From positions 32,001-96,000 of the forward strand of contig CAVPKK010000007.1 of the NCBI GenBank assembly GCA_963705705.1: a stretch of 64,000 nt of DNA. The letters run 5' to 3'. The position numbers and the translations under genes are program-made. The notes below the pieces were generated by a model. The model was not told the origin of the DNA. It saw only the letters and a list, made by a program, of their open reading frames with translations, and made no database searches. Below are positions 10,063-19,294 of this stretch, in pieces. The stretch comes from an uncultured bacterium (GTDB taxonomy: Bacteria; Babelota; Babeliae; Babelales; JABCYS01). The number at the start of each line of letters is the position of its first letter. Within the stretch, counting starts at the first letter, position 1.

Positions 10063-10320
10063 TTATATCGAGTCAATAATGGTATTAATAGACGATAGTA
10101 GTTTTTGCTCTACCATCTTCCTTTGACTGACACATTGCAAAACGGCAAGCACTGCAATTTTACGTGTATCGATAATGCCAGAATGCCGAGCGATCTCGTC
10201 CATTAATGCATTGACCTCGTGTACAGCGGATTGAACTTGTTCTTCAGTTTCATCGCTGATTAACATATAAGGTTCACCACTGATGATGACCTTAATACGC
10301 CGTGCATTGGTTTTTTCCAT
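10063..10320 (-). CDS. zapA: Cell division protein ZapA
   Basis: IKVIISGEPY...V...V...M..I......DT.KIAVLA pattern; zapA-rny synteny. Confidence 0.85.
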   Translation of the reverse strand: MEKTNARRIKVIISGEPYMLISDETEEQVQSAVHEVNALMDEIARHSGIIDTRKIAVLAVLQCVSQRKMVEQKLLSSINTIIDSI

Positions 10321-10328
10321 CGCGACAC

Positions 10329-10586
10329 CTATTTAGCAGGCTGCTCAACCAATTGGTCAATGTTTTTAATAAGATCGGCCACAAATAACTTGGTCTTTTC
10401 AGTTTCCGAGTTCAATGTTTCGATGCTTTCTTGCCCTTCAAGCAAATCATCCTCTAGGGAAGTAACTCGCTTTTTGAGTTGGGCGTTATCTTTTCGAAAC
10501 TGTTCATTCTCGGTTTTTAGTCGCTGCAGTGTTGCCGCTAGTAGCTCAAGTTTCTTTTGCAAGAGTTCAAACGATTCCATAGTCAT
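10329..10586 (-). CDS. ZapB-like coiled-coil protein
   Basis: Short all-coiled-coil protein immediately upstream of zapA; start placed at MTMESF behind an aagga RBS. Confidence 0.65.
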   Translation of the reverse strand: MTMESFELLQKKLELLAATLQRLKTENEQFRKDNAQLKKRVTSLEDDLLEGQESIETLNSETEKTKLFVADLIKNIDQLVEQPAK

Positions 10587-10788
10587 CCTTTCATGTACCA
10601 GAAGTATATAACTTCCTTTAAAGCCTTTGCGTAGTGCAAATCCATTCAAAATAGATCTACCTATGCTTTATTTTATGTGAGAATTTTTACCCACACGGCA
10701 AGTGTATGAAGTTAGACTTTGTAACGTCAAGAACTGATTGGCATTATGCGAGAAAACGTTGGTCAGCCAACAATTTATTCAAGCAAAT

Positions 10789-11151
10789 CTAAGCAGTTTT
10801 AACGTGCGTTTTAGCTAAGCCTGCAATTTGAGAAAACACCGATGGTTCATGAATAGCAATTTGGCTGAGCATTTTGCGATTCAATTCTACGTGTGCTTTC
10901 TTCAGGCCATTGATAAGCTGGTTATAAGACAAACCTTCAGTGCGAGCTGCTGCACCAATACGCGTAATAAAGAGTGAACGCATATCGCGCTTCTTTAATT
11001 TACGACCCTTGGTAGCAAAAGCCATTGCACGCAATAAGGTTTCCTTGGCGCGTCTAAAGACGTTTTTACGCTGACCCCAGAACCCTTTGGTTTGTTTTAA
11101 TATTTTTTTATGGCGTTTTTTGGTTATTACACCGCGTTTAATTCTAGTCAT
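10789..11151 (-). CDS. rplT: 50S ribosomal protein L20
   Basis: MTRIKRG...KGFWG...RKLKKRDMRSLFITRI...LNRKMLS. Confidence 0.98.
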   Translation of the reverse strand: MTRIKRGVITKKRHKKILKQTKGFWGQRKNVFRRAKETLLRAMAFATKGRKLKKRDMRSLFITRIGAAARTEGLSYNQLINGLKKAHVELNRKMLSQIAIHEPSVFSQIAGLAKTHVKTA

Positions 11152-11162
11152 GTGTCAAAGTC

Positions 11163-11357
11163 CTAGTTAGGAAGTAAATGAATCAGGTGAATTTTATCAA
11201 CCGCAGCAACCGTGCCCGACTTCCTCATCTTCCTTTTTCTTTTTGCTGATTTACCAGTAAGCAAGTGGCGATGGAAAGCTTTGGTGACTTTTATTGCACC
11301 GCTTTTACGTTTCTTGAAGCGTTTCTTAGCCCCTGAGTGGGTTTTCATTTTCGGCAT
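11163..11357 (-). CDS. rpmI: 50S ribosomal protein L35
   Basis: MPKMKTHSGAKKRF...HLLTGKS; upstream of rplT. Confidence 0.97.
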   Translation of the reverse strand: MPKMKTHSGAKKRFKKRKSGAIKVTKAFHRHLLTGKSAKRKRKMRKSGTVAAVDKIHLIHLLPN

Positions 11358-11431
11358 TTGATATCCTTAAAATACAAATAAATCAAAGTCTAAATTAATG
11401 AACGGCAAACTTATGCATCTTGCAGTAGCAT

Positions 11432-11494
11432 TGCTAAGGGTCCGTTCCCTCCCCTAACACCCCTCCCACTCCGCCAGAAGGCTACCGCCTCCTG
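11432..11494. repeat. Hairpin repeat family B, copy 2
   Basis: tgctaagggtccgttccctcccctaacacccctccc...agaaggctaccgcctcct; similar to 8114-8184. Confidence 0.55.
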
Positions 11495-11693
11495 CCTCCG
11501 TTATCTCGCTTGTTCGAGACTCACTTTAATACAATAGTCACTCAAATTGCGATCAAAGCTAAGCCGAGGGCTTCTCCGACTCCCATAATTGTTGGCCAAT
11601 GCAAACAACAAATAGAAGTGGACAGTGAAGTCAAAAATTTTTCTTATAGTTAACTAGATGACTTTGAACCGTTTTTAGTCATGAATCCAGTTG

Positions 11694-12278
11694 CTACTTC
11701 TTAATGTAATACATACGGGTCCAAGCAGGGCCCATGCGTAATTCTTTTTCCATTGCCAGATGCTGAATCCCAGCTTCTTCCAATGTTTTTTGTATGCGGT
11801 CAAACATTTCTATGCCACGGGCTTGTTGCATAGCCATTTCGCGACCTCTAAACATGAGTGTAATTTTAAGCCGCATGCCTTCTTTTAAAAAGCCGATGGC
11901 TTGGTTTATCTTCGTTTGAAAGTCATGCTCGCCGATCTTTGGCCGCAATTTAATTTCTTTTATTTGGATGGTCTTCGCATGCTTTTTGGACTGAGCCTGT
12001 TTCTTCTTTTTCGCATACTGCACCTTGCCATAATCCATAATCTTGGCGACCGGAACACCCTCAGCTCCCTGATCAGCAATAATCACCAGGTCAAGGTGTG
12101 CCAGCTGTGCCTTAGCAAGCGCTTCAGCTCGCGTAACCACGCCAATATTTTGCCCATCATCAAGAATCAATTGCATGCGCGGGTATCGAATTTGCTCATT
12201 AATAGGAGCACCGCGAGTTTGGCTTTGTTCTCGCTTCTGAGTTCTATCGTTTTTGTCGATTGGGTGGTTATTTATCAT
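11694..12278 (-). CDS. infC: Translation initiation factor IF-3
   Basis: INEQIR, LDLV, PVAKIMDYGK, KEIKLRPKIGEHD and MFRGRE motifs; infC-rpmI-rplT synteny. Confidence 0.97.
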   Translation of the reverse strand: MINNHPIDKNDRTQKREQSQTRGAPINEQIRYPRMQLILDDGQNIGVVTRAEALAKAQLAHLDLVIIADQGAEGVPVAKIMDYGKVQYAKKKKQAQSKKHAKTIQIKEIKLRPKIGEHDFQTKINQAIGFLKEGMRLKITLMFRGREMAMQQARGIEMFDRIQKTLEEAGIQHLAMEKELRMGPAWTRMYYIKK

Positions 12279-12283
12279 AGGTT

Positions 12284-13312
12284 TTATGGTTTTTCCTTAA
12301 GTACTTGCAAAACTGCTTGTTCAATCTTGGCAGCTACATCTGGATGTTCTTTAAGATAGCTGAGTGCTTGATCTCGGCCCTGGGCAATTTTCGCTTTATC
12401 GAACGAGAACCAAGAACCACTTTGCTCAATAACTTCAGTTTGTAGTGCGGCATCCAATAAATCTAGTTCGTGAGAGATACCTTCAGTAAATAGAAGGTCA
12501 AGCTCAACCTTTTTAAATGGTGGCGCTACCTTGTTTTTAACAACTTTTACTACAATGCGATTACCAAATTGTACATCATCCTTCTTCAGGCTGGCGATAC
12601 GGCGTACATCAAGTCGCAATGATGCATAGAATTTAAGCGCGTTACCACCCGTTGTCGTTTCCTTATTAGCAAACGGCATCGAATTGATGGTATGACGAAT
12701 TTGGTTAATGAAAATGAGTACGGTTTTTGATTTATGTACAACCGGCGTTAGCTTCCGCAATGCTTGTGACATTAAACGTGCTTGTAAGCCGACGTGGGTA
12801 TCGCCCATATCCCCTTCAAGCTCCGCCTTTGGAACCAAGGCTGCAACCGAGTCGATCACCACCATATCGATGGCACCCGAGCGAACAAGCATCTCGGCGA
12901 TATCCAAAGCCTGTTCACCGTAATCCGGCTGGGAAATAATAAGATTTTCTACATCCACGCCAAGCTTTGCAGCATGTGCTGAGTCGAGGGCGTGTTCGGC
13001 ATCTATAAATGCGCAGATACCGCCGCGGCGCTGAGCCTGGGCAATAGCATGCGTAGCCAATGTGGTTTTACCTGAAGCTTCAGGGCCAAAAATTTCTACA
13101 ATACGGCCTCGCGGATACCCACCCACGCCAAGGGCATGGTCAATGAGGATTGATCCGGTTGGCACGGCGTCTATGTTTGTTGCGCGCGTATCGCCCAACA
13201 TCATTACGGCGCCCTTACCATATTGTTTATCAATTTGTGTGAATGTTACTTCTAACGCTTTTTTTCGAGAAGCTAATGTCTCTCTTGCATCGCGGGTTAC
13301 TTCTTTTTCCAC
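12284..13312 (-). CDS. recA: Recombinase RecA
   Basis: [32 protein letters not shown] and KNKVAPPF motifs. Confidence 0.99.
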   Translation of the reverse strand: MEKEVTRDARETLASRKKALEVTFTQIDKQYGKGAVMMLGDTRATNIDAVPTGSILIDHALGVGGYPRGRIVEIFGPEASGKTTLATHAIAQAQRRGGICAFIDAEHALDSAHAAKLGVDVENLIISQPDYGEQALDIAEMLVRSGAIDMVVIDSVAALVPKAELEGDMGDTHVGLQARLMSQALRKLTPVVHKSKTVLIFINQIRHTINSMPFANKETTTGGNALKFYASLRLDVRRIASLKKDDVQFGNRIVVKVVKNKVAPPFKKVELDLLFTEGISHELDLLDAALQTEVIEQSGSWFSFDKAKIAQGRDQALSYLKEHPDVAAKIEQAVLQVLKEKP

Positions 13313-13321
13313 CAGAATCCT

Positions 13322-15313
13322 TTAGATCTCGTCGATCGGGTAGTACGGTTGGGTGTCGTCACTCTCTTGAGTAGTATTGACGTTAATTGTAGCAGAGCGC
13401 TCCAAAGAGGCAATAAAGCTTTGAATAAGGCGACCAGTTAGTTCGCGGTCAATTGAGGCTACAAATGATGGCTTTTTGGCCGCAAAGTCTTGGGCATTGA
13501 ATGGTTCTACCCCTTCCAATTTGACAACTAGTCCATTTCCATGATCATCGACATTAGTTATCACTGAACCAACGCGCTCCATAGGCAGCATTTGGTTTAT
13601 TGGCAATCCTTCGGCTGCCAGCTTTTTCACCCGGTCAGTTTCTTCACCTTTAAGCCAGTCGATTGCCCGGGTTGTGCCATGGAATTCCTGGGCTATTTCA
13701 GCCAATTGCTTTTTGCCAGCTTGCTGCTTGGCCTGCGCAAGAATCACTCGCAGGCTCGCCTCTGCCTTTTTGCGATGTAAGGCTTGGGCTACCTTATCCT
13801 TAATCTGCTCAAATGGTGGCACATAACTTTTGTTAACCTTCGTCAGCTGAATGACGGTAGCAGGTCCAGTCTGATCCTTTCCACTAGTCATTATCGACGG
13901 TTCACCTGCATTATGAATCTTAAATAGTCGCTCTATTTGGGCAGAAACATCCCTTCCCAGTGTGGCATTAGTAATTTCAGAGTGGCGAGCACCCTTGGCC
14001 TGGGCAAACTGCTCAAGCGCCTGTGGATTTGTGCGTAATTCATATTGAATGCGTTCCATATCTGCATGGAAAATACGGTTAAACAAAGATTGCCGTACCG
14101 CTTTTTCCACTTCAGGGCGCACTGTTTCTATCGATTTATAGGTTGCTGGCTTGCGAGATATGCGCTGGACTATTTCTATGCCATCTTTGGTTTGGAAGAG
14201 AGGAGAAACTTCGCCGTCGGCTTTCAGCCGAAAGGCAGTTTGTTCCTCTGCCGGATCACGCTCGCCCCGGGTAATAAAGCCAACCATGCCACCGTCTTTG
14301 GCTGTCGCTTTATCATCAGAGACCTCTTTTGCCTTTTCTGCAAATTGCTCTGGATGTTCTGAAACTTGCTTGTATACCGTCTCGGCCTTAGCAACTACAA
14401 GTGCGGTATCTTCTGGTTTATCAACCTTAAATAGAATGCGTCGTATTTGAACTTGTGCAGGGCTTTGTACATACGATGCCTTATGCTCATCATAATATTG
14501 GTTGATATTTTGTTCTGATGGTGTTATGCCATAACGCACCGGGTCAAATTCCCATACTACGCCACTGCGCATTTCAGGCACAGCAAATTGTTTGCTTGCT
14601 TCATCATAATATGATTTCAACTCGGCATCAGAAAGCGGTTTTGCGCGTTCCTGCGCGAGCAACTGATCAAATGGTATTGTGAGTACCGTATATTTTTTTG
14701 CCGCAAACTGCTGCATGTATTGCGACTTGAGTAAGAATGTTGGTGCGTAGAAAGAAGTTGCTATTAATTCCTTAATCTGGCTCAATTTCAAATGCTGTTC
14801 AACTTGCCGCTCAAAATCTGCAACTGAAAGCCCTTGGCTGCGCAATACGCGTGAGAGCGTATGAACATCAAGATTACCTTGTGCCAATAAGTATGGTGGA
14901 ATAATATCGCCCATTTCCTGGAGGAGGAAATTTGGATCAGTTATTTTGCTCGCCACATAATCATAGCCAAGATGAATATTAAGATTGTCTGCAGCCTCAT
15001 TAAGCAATTCGTCAGCAATCAAACTTTGCACAGCCGCTTGTTGAAGATCAATACCAAGTGATTTCAGATCAAACGGTATTCCAGCTTGTTCAAACTGCAT
15101 ACGCAGCAGCTCAAGCTTTCGATCCTGTGCTTGCTTACGCCTCTTGAATTCTGCTTGGCTTATTTCATGATGATTGATCGTGATGAAACTTCTTCGGCTG
15201 CGTGTTCTCAGCAAAAGAAAAATTCCACCGCTCACTACCATGGACGCTACGGTAATTAAGGTTACCGCAACAAAAACGCGGCGATAGGCTCGCTTACTAA
15301 AAATATTAATCAT
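13322..15313 (-). CDS. PpiD/SurA-like membrane-anchored parvulin chaperone
   Basis: N-terminal TM, SurA_N-like helical region and rotamase domain (F.EKAKEVSDD..TAKDGG.VG...GEVSP..QTKDG). Confidence 0.85.
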   Translation of the reverse strand: MINIFSKRAYRRVFVAVTLITVASMVVSGGIFLLLRTRSRRSFITINHHEISQAEFKRRKQAQDRKLELLRMQFEQAGIPFDLKSLGIDLQQAAVQSLIADELLNEAADNLNIHLGYDYVASKITDPNFLLQEMGDIIPPYLLAQGNLDVHTLSRVLRSQGLSVADFERQVEQHLKLSQIKELIATSFYAPTFLLKSQYMQQFAAKKYTVLTIPFDQLLAQERAKPLSDAELKSYYDEASKQFAVPEMRSGVVWEFDPVRYGITPSEQNINQYYDEHKASYVQSPAQVQIRRILFKVDKPEDTALVVAKAETVYKQVSEHPEQFAEKAKEVSDDKATAKDGGMVGFITRGERDPAEEQTAFRLKADGEVSPLFQTKDGIEIVQRISRKPATYKSIETVRPEVEKAVRQSLFNRIFHADMERIQYELRTNPQALEQFAQAKGARHSEITNATLGRDVSAQIERLFKIHNAGEPSIMTSGKDQTGPATVIQLTKVNKSYVPPFEQIKDKVAQALHRKKAEASLRVILAQAKQQAGKKQLAEIAQEFHGTTRAIDWLKGEETDRVKKLAAEGLPINQMLPMERVGSVITNVDDHGNGLVVKLEGVEPFNAQDFAAKKPSFVASIDRELTGRLIQSFIASLERSATINVNTTQESDDTQPYYPIDEI

Positions 15314-15329
15314 CTGATTGTTTTCCCAT

Positions 15330-16055
15330 TCAACTTAAAGATGTGCTTATTGGCATTATTGATACATCATGTAATTTTTCAAATTTTTTAATCTGTGCAA
15401 TCGTCTGCTCAAGTTGTGCACGATCGGCCACTGGCGCTGTCACCGCTTGATACCAAGAAATGCTACGCCCCGATTTGGTTCTGCTGTGACGAGTCACAAT
15501 GCTCACATCAAAACCACGTCGCTTCAATCGTTGCACTAATTGATTCGCCATTTTTTCAGTGCTAAATCCAGCTAGCACTCCTTTGTATTTTGGCTGATTT
15601 TTTTGTTGTATCTCTTTCTGAACTGCAAGATTTTGCGTTTGTGCAATAGCTTCATTCTTTACGTTAGGTGCCGCTGCATCGCTCATTTCAGCATTAGTTT
15701 GCGCGCCAGATGCCGCATCTGCAAGCTGCGTTGTTTCTGGTTCATCTTCAGAATCAGCAGATGGTTCATCATCGCCGCGTTCGTTAACTGAACACATAGA
15801 ATAATAAACTTGGTCTGCGAACGAATCGCGCTCAACCATGGTCAGCAGCTGTTCTGCAGCAGTATGCTGACCCCAGAAATAGCCACCGATAAAAACGAAT
15901 AGTGATGTAGTAAGCAATAAAACAATAGTTCGATTAAGCTGTTGCTTATTGAGAAATAAACCATCTTTACGATGATGCTCACTCGGGGCACGTTCCGGTG
16001 CATCCGTACTAAGCGATCCGAAATTTGAACGAAACCAATCTAATATTTTCTTCAT
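15330..16055 (-). CDS. SPOR-domain membrane protein
   Basis: TM (LFVFIGGYFWG), acidic linker and C-terminal SPOR-like LAGF...A...V.RL...WYQAVT; the upstream ATG at 16103 lies in a repeat, so the start is placed at MKKIL. Confidence 0.7.
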   Translation of the reverse strand: MKKILDWFRSNFGSLSTDAPERAPSEHHRKDGLFLNKQQLNRTIVLLLTTSLFVFIGGYFWGQHTAAEQLLTMVERDSFADQVYYSMCSVNERGDDEPSADSEDEPETTQLADAASGAQTNAEMSDAAAPNVKNEAIAQTQNLAVQKEIQQKNQPKYKGVLAGFSTEKMANQLVQRLKRRGFDVSIVTRHSRTKSGRSISWYQAVTAPVADRAQLEQTIAQIKKFEKLHDVSIMPISTSLS

Positions 16056-16094
16056 ACTTTTTCCGATATCACTTCGCAACGCGGAGTTGCAAGT

Positions 16095-16131
16095 CCCGCT
16101 CATCCTGAGCTTATCGAAGGATAAAGGCGGG
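16095..16131 (+). repeat. REP-like palindromic repeat, family A
   Basis: cccgctcatcctgagcttatcgaaggataaaggcggg, preceded by the hairpin acttcgcaac-gcgga-gttgcaagt. Confidence 0.85.
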
Positions 16132-16159
16132 AATAAGATTGAATGCCAATTTGTCAGAT

Positions 16160-17149
16160 TTATTTTGTGTCGCGAGAATATAGCACACCATGCGCTGTTT
16201 GCAAAACTGCAGTAGTAACTTTTTGCGCAACATCATCTATAATATGGTTCGTCATATTCATTGTTACCGTTGCATCTGATGGTAACTGTTCGAGAAGTGA
16301 ACGGAAGAATGTTGACTGTCTTTTCGCATAGCGTCGTGTTTCGCGCTGTATTATCCCAATCACGGATTCAATATTATTTTGTGATTTTAGTAAGTCGCAA
16401 TAACCAATAATTTTTTTTCTACACAAAAAATCTTCCCATGGTGTATTTTTTAATTCACGCACTTCCGCATGCCATGCAGGCATCATTTCAATAACACGTT
16501 GATCAATGCGTGCATACAGCTCTCCGCGATCACGCGTAAGAAGAAATAGTAGATAATTTTTTGTTATTGGATCATATACTGGCGCATGCGCAGATGGCAA
16601 TTGGCCGGTTGTTTGCCACAATATAAGTGCACGCTCTATGCGATAGCGATCATTTGGATGAATCTTCGCAGCACGTTCTGGATCGATTGCGTTGAGTTGT
16701 TGCCACAGTTCTTGTGTTGATTTGTTTTCAAAAGCCCCCTCGATACTTTTTTGCTTTGCAAAAACACTCGGGGCGAGCGGGACAGGCGCATGCATATCAT
16801 GTGTATTTTCTTTGGCCGGAAAAAATAATGATTTAATATAAAAACCGGAACCGCCAACAATGACTGGAATATTTTTGCGCGACCATATTTCATGCATCAC
16901 TTCTGCAACACGCATGCGGTATTGTGCTACAGTGAAATTTATCGGTTCAGAAAGTACATCGAACAAATGATGCGGTATTAGCATGCGCTCAAGTGGCGTT
17001 GGCTTTGCAGTGCCGATATTCAGAGGCGTATACAGTTGACCCATATCGCCGTTAACGATCTCAATAGGAAGATGGTGATGCAGCGCAAGACCAACAGCTG
17101 ATTTACCGGTTCCTGTTGGCCCTGTTAATACAATGAAGAATTGACTCAT
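16160..17149 (-). CDS. miaA: tRNA dimethylallyltransferase
   Basis: GPTGTGKS, IGTAKP, PHHL, VGGSGFY, IHPND.YRIERAL and TRRYAKRQ.TF motifs. Confidence 0.97.
   Translation of the reverse strand: MSQFFIVLTGPTGTGKSAVGLALHHHLPIEIVNGDMGQLYTPLNIGTAKPTPLERMLIPHHLFDVLSEPINFTVAQYRMRVAEVMHEIWSRKNIPVIVGGSGFYIKSLFFPAKENTHDMHAPVPLAPSVFAKQKSIEGAFENKSTQELWQQLNAIDPERAAKIHPNDRYRIERALILWQTTGQLPSAHAPVYDPITKNYLLFLLTRDRGELYARIDQRVIEMMPAWHAEVRELKNTPWEDFLCRKKIIGYCDLLKSQNNIESVIGIIQRETRRYAKRQSTFFRSLLEQLPSDATVTMNMTNHIIDDVAQKVTTAVLQTAHGVLYSRDTK
16735..16781 (-). repeat. Family A repeat variant lying in frame within miaA
   Basis: The reverse complement cccgctcgccccgagtgtttttgcaaagcaaaaaagtatcgagggg matches the family A arms, with an inner hairpin like that at 53243-53280. 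Confidence 0.75.
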
Positions 17150-17155
17150 TTTGTC

Positions 17156-17701
17156 TTATGCAGATTCACGCCTCAACATTGCTATAGCATCGCTCACACT
17201 GCAGCGTTCGACAATACAAACTTCCTCAATCAAAAGTGCTTCGACTTGCAAAACATATGCTTTTTCGCCGAAGGAAAGTTCTTTGTATTTGCTAGCATTG
17301 CGCAAATCGCGATAAATTTGTGCGAGATCAAGCAAATCACCACGTGCAATTCTGCTCGTATATTCTCTATTGCGGCGTCCCCAACTCGTTCCAACAACCA
17401 CTACCGGCTTGGTTGGTTCAGCGAGCAGTTGAAGCATTTTTTTTATTGCTGCTTTATTACTTACCGGACGAATGCCGACAGCATCAAAATTCCCTGCGGG
17501 AACAAGTGCAGTAATCCCTTTTTTCAAAACGAGAAGCTCGAAAAAAGCAAGCAGATCTTTGCCAACGCTTTTTTCTACCACACGGTTAATTTTGGCAACA
17601 CCATGGCCCGGATAAACTACAAAATCATTGACATCAAATAATGCACCGGAAATTACTTTGGCGCTTGGAGATTTGGATTTATTTGCAGCGGCGACAGTCA
17701 T
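17156..17701 (-). CDS. carD: CarD family transcriptional regulator
   Basis: F.VND.VVYPGHGVAKI, GIRPV, W.RR.REY, GDL..LA.IYRDL and LSFGEK motifs; start placed at MTVAA. Confidence 0.9.
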   Translation of the reverse strand: MTVAAANKSKSPSAKVISGALFDVNDFVVYPGHGVAKINRVVEKSVGKDLLAFFELLVLKKGITALVPAGNFDAVGIRPVSNKAAIKKMLQLLAEPTKPVVVVGTSWGRRNREYTSRIARGDLLDLAQIYRDLRNASKYKELSFGEKAYVLQVEALLIEEVCIVERCSVSDAIAMLRRESA

Positions 17702-17852
17702 AAGCGGATTCCTCAGAACCAACCCGACATACAACCCATGACGGATAGTAACTATAGCAGAATAATTAAATAAGGACACTTCAGAATGTCTGTTTTTACT
17801 TAATGCGATTTGCTATTGTTTAGAGCACGACAATCTTAACAAGAGATTTTTT

Positions 17853-19235
17853 ATGAAGTACAGAAATCTTAGTCTTTTTCTATTATTTGTTTTGGTAAAC
17901 TCGGCGCAAGCCATGGATGACAAACTAGCTGAGGATAAAAAGAATTCCGAGCAAAATGAAAAGACGGGGCGCACATTTCTCAATTATTATACTAGGCATA
18001 AACCTAAGCTTGATTCTGATTTAAAAGGGGAGACCTTTGTGATTCCGACCTTGTCTTTGGTTGGTACGCATCTAACTGATTTAAATGGATTTGATAACCT
18101 CGAAGAAGTGGAAAAACTTCAGCATCTTATTCTCTATAGTAATCGACTCACTACTGCTAGTTTAGCGCCTTTATACAAGGCATCGGCCATAAGATTGCTT
18201 GATCTTTCTCATAATCGGCTTACCGATATCCCATCATGTATTTACTTTTTGCCATCGCTAACAGAGCTCCGGCTCGACCATAATAAATTCACTACTTTTG
18301 ATGGAGACTTTGCGCTCTGGTCTCAACAGCTTAAAATTTTACGGCTTTCGCACAACGAGCTACATTCGATACCTGATCACATGAGCGATCTGCGACGGTT
18401 GCAAGAGCTTCACCTTGAGAACAATCAACTCGCTTCCATCCCAGCTAGTATAGGTCGGCTCTATTGGCTTCGGCAGCTTTGGCTTAATAACAATCAGCTA
18501 ACAAGCATCCCTGAAAGCATTGGTGGCCTGTCAATAAGTGGTGACCTTGACACTCTTTATATATATAACAATCCAATACCACTGGGGCAAGAGCAGCTTC
18601 GCATGAGGTTAAAGTTGCCATTAGATTTTACCTTGGTCTTTAAGTCACCGCAGCAAGAGCGTGCTGAGCATGACTTATTCCAAGCGATCAGAGAACATGA
18701 TGTAATAACTGCTCGAAGGCGATTTAATTATATCCTCGTCGGCGCAGTTCGCGGGCCATATGATCGTAAGTTCAAGAATTTTATCAGGATTGATGTCACT
18801 AAAATCAGGGATAGCAATGGCAATAACCTGCTACACGCTGCAATCGATGGCCTTGTTGCTCAACTTCAGCCAGTTCAAAAAAAACTGACAGAAATTATAA
18901 GCAGCGCGCACCTAACGCAAGCGCAAAAATGGGCTCAATCGGGGCTTCTAGAAGACCATGTTGATGCCTTAAATTATCGCTACATGAAAATATTCAGAAT
19001 CCTTCTCTCATGCGATGAGGAATGTGTGAATGAGATGCTCTTTACGCCGAGTGAACGGGATCAACAAGTAGTTGATGCTATATTCGCGAGACTAGGGCCC
19101 GAAAGCCCAATTTATAAGGCCGTGCTGGAGGGCTTGATGCCCGAAAAGGCCTTAGCAGCAGAGGAATCCACCGACGCCGAAGATATGGAGGACCTAGGCG
19201 AAGAAAACATTCGCTGGCATGAGGAAGTTGGGTAA
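17853..19235 (+). CDS. Secreted leucine-rich-repeat protein with ankyrin-like C-terminal domain
   Basis: Signal peptide ending AQA-M; about 8 LxLxxNxL repeats; KIRDSNGNNLLH. Confidence 0.85.
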   Translation: MKYRNLSLFLLFVLVNSAQAMDDKLAEDKKNSEQNEKTGRTFLNYYTRHKPKLDSDLKGETFVIPTLSLVGTHLTDLNGFDNLEEVEKLQHLILYSNRLTTASLAPLYKASAIRLLDLSHNRLTDIPSCIYFLPSLTELRLDHNKFTTFDGDFALWSQQLKILRLSHNELHSIPDHMSDLRRLQELHLENNQLASIPASIGRLYWLRQLWLNNNQLTSIPESIGGLSISGDLDTLYIYNNPIPLGQEQLRMRLKLPLDFTLVFKSPQQERAEHDLFQAIREHDVITARRRFNYILVGAVRGPYDRKFKNFIRIDVTKIRDSNGNNLLHAAIDGLVAQLQPVQKKLTEIISSAHLTQAQKWAQSGLLEDHVDALNYRYMKIFRILLSCDEECVNEMLFTPSERDQQVVDAIFARLGPESPIYKAVLEGLMPEKALAAEESTDAEDMEDLGEENIRWHEEVG

Positions 19236-19294
19236 ATTGGCAAAAACCGTGTCCAACCAGTCCTATTTACGCTAAAGATTGCTAGACTATTGGC

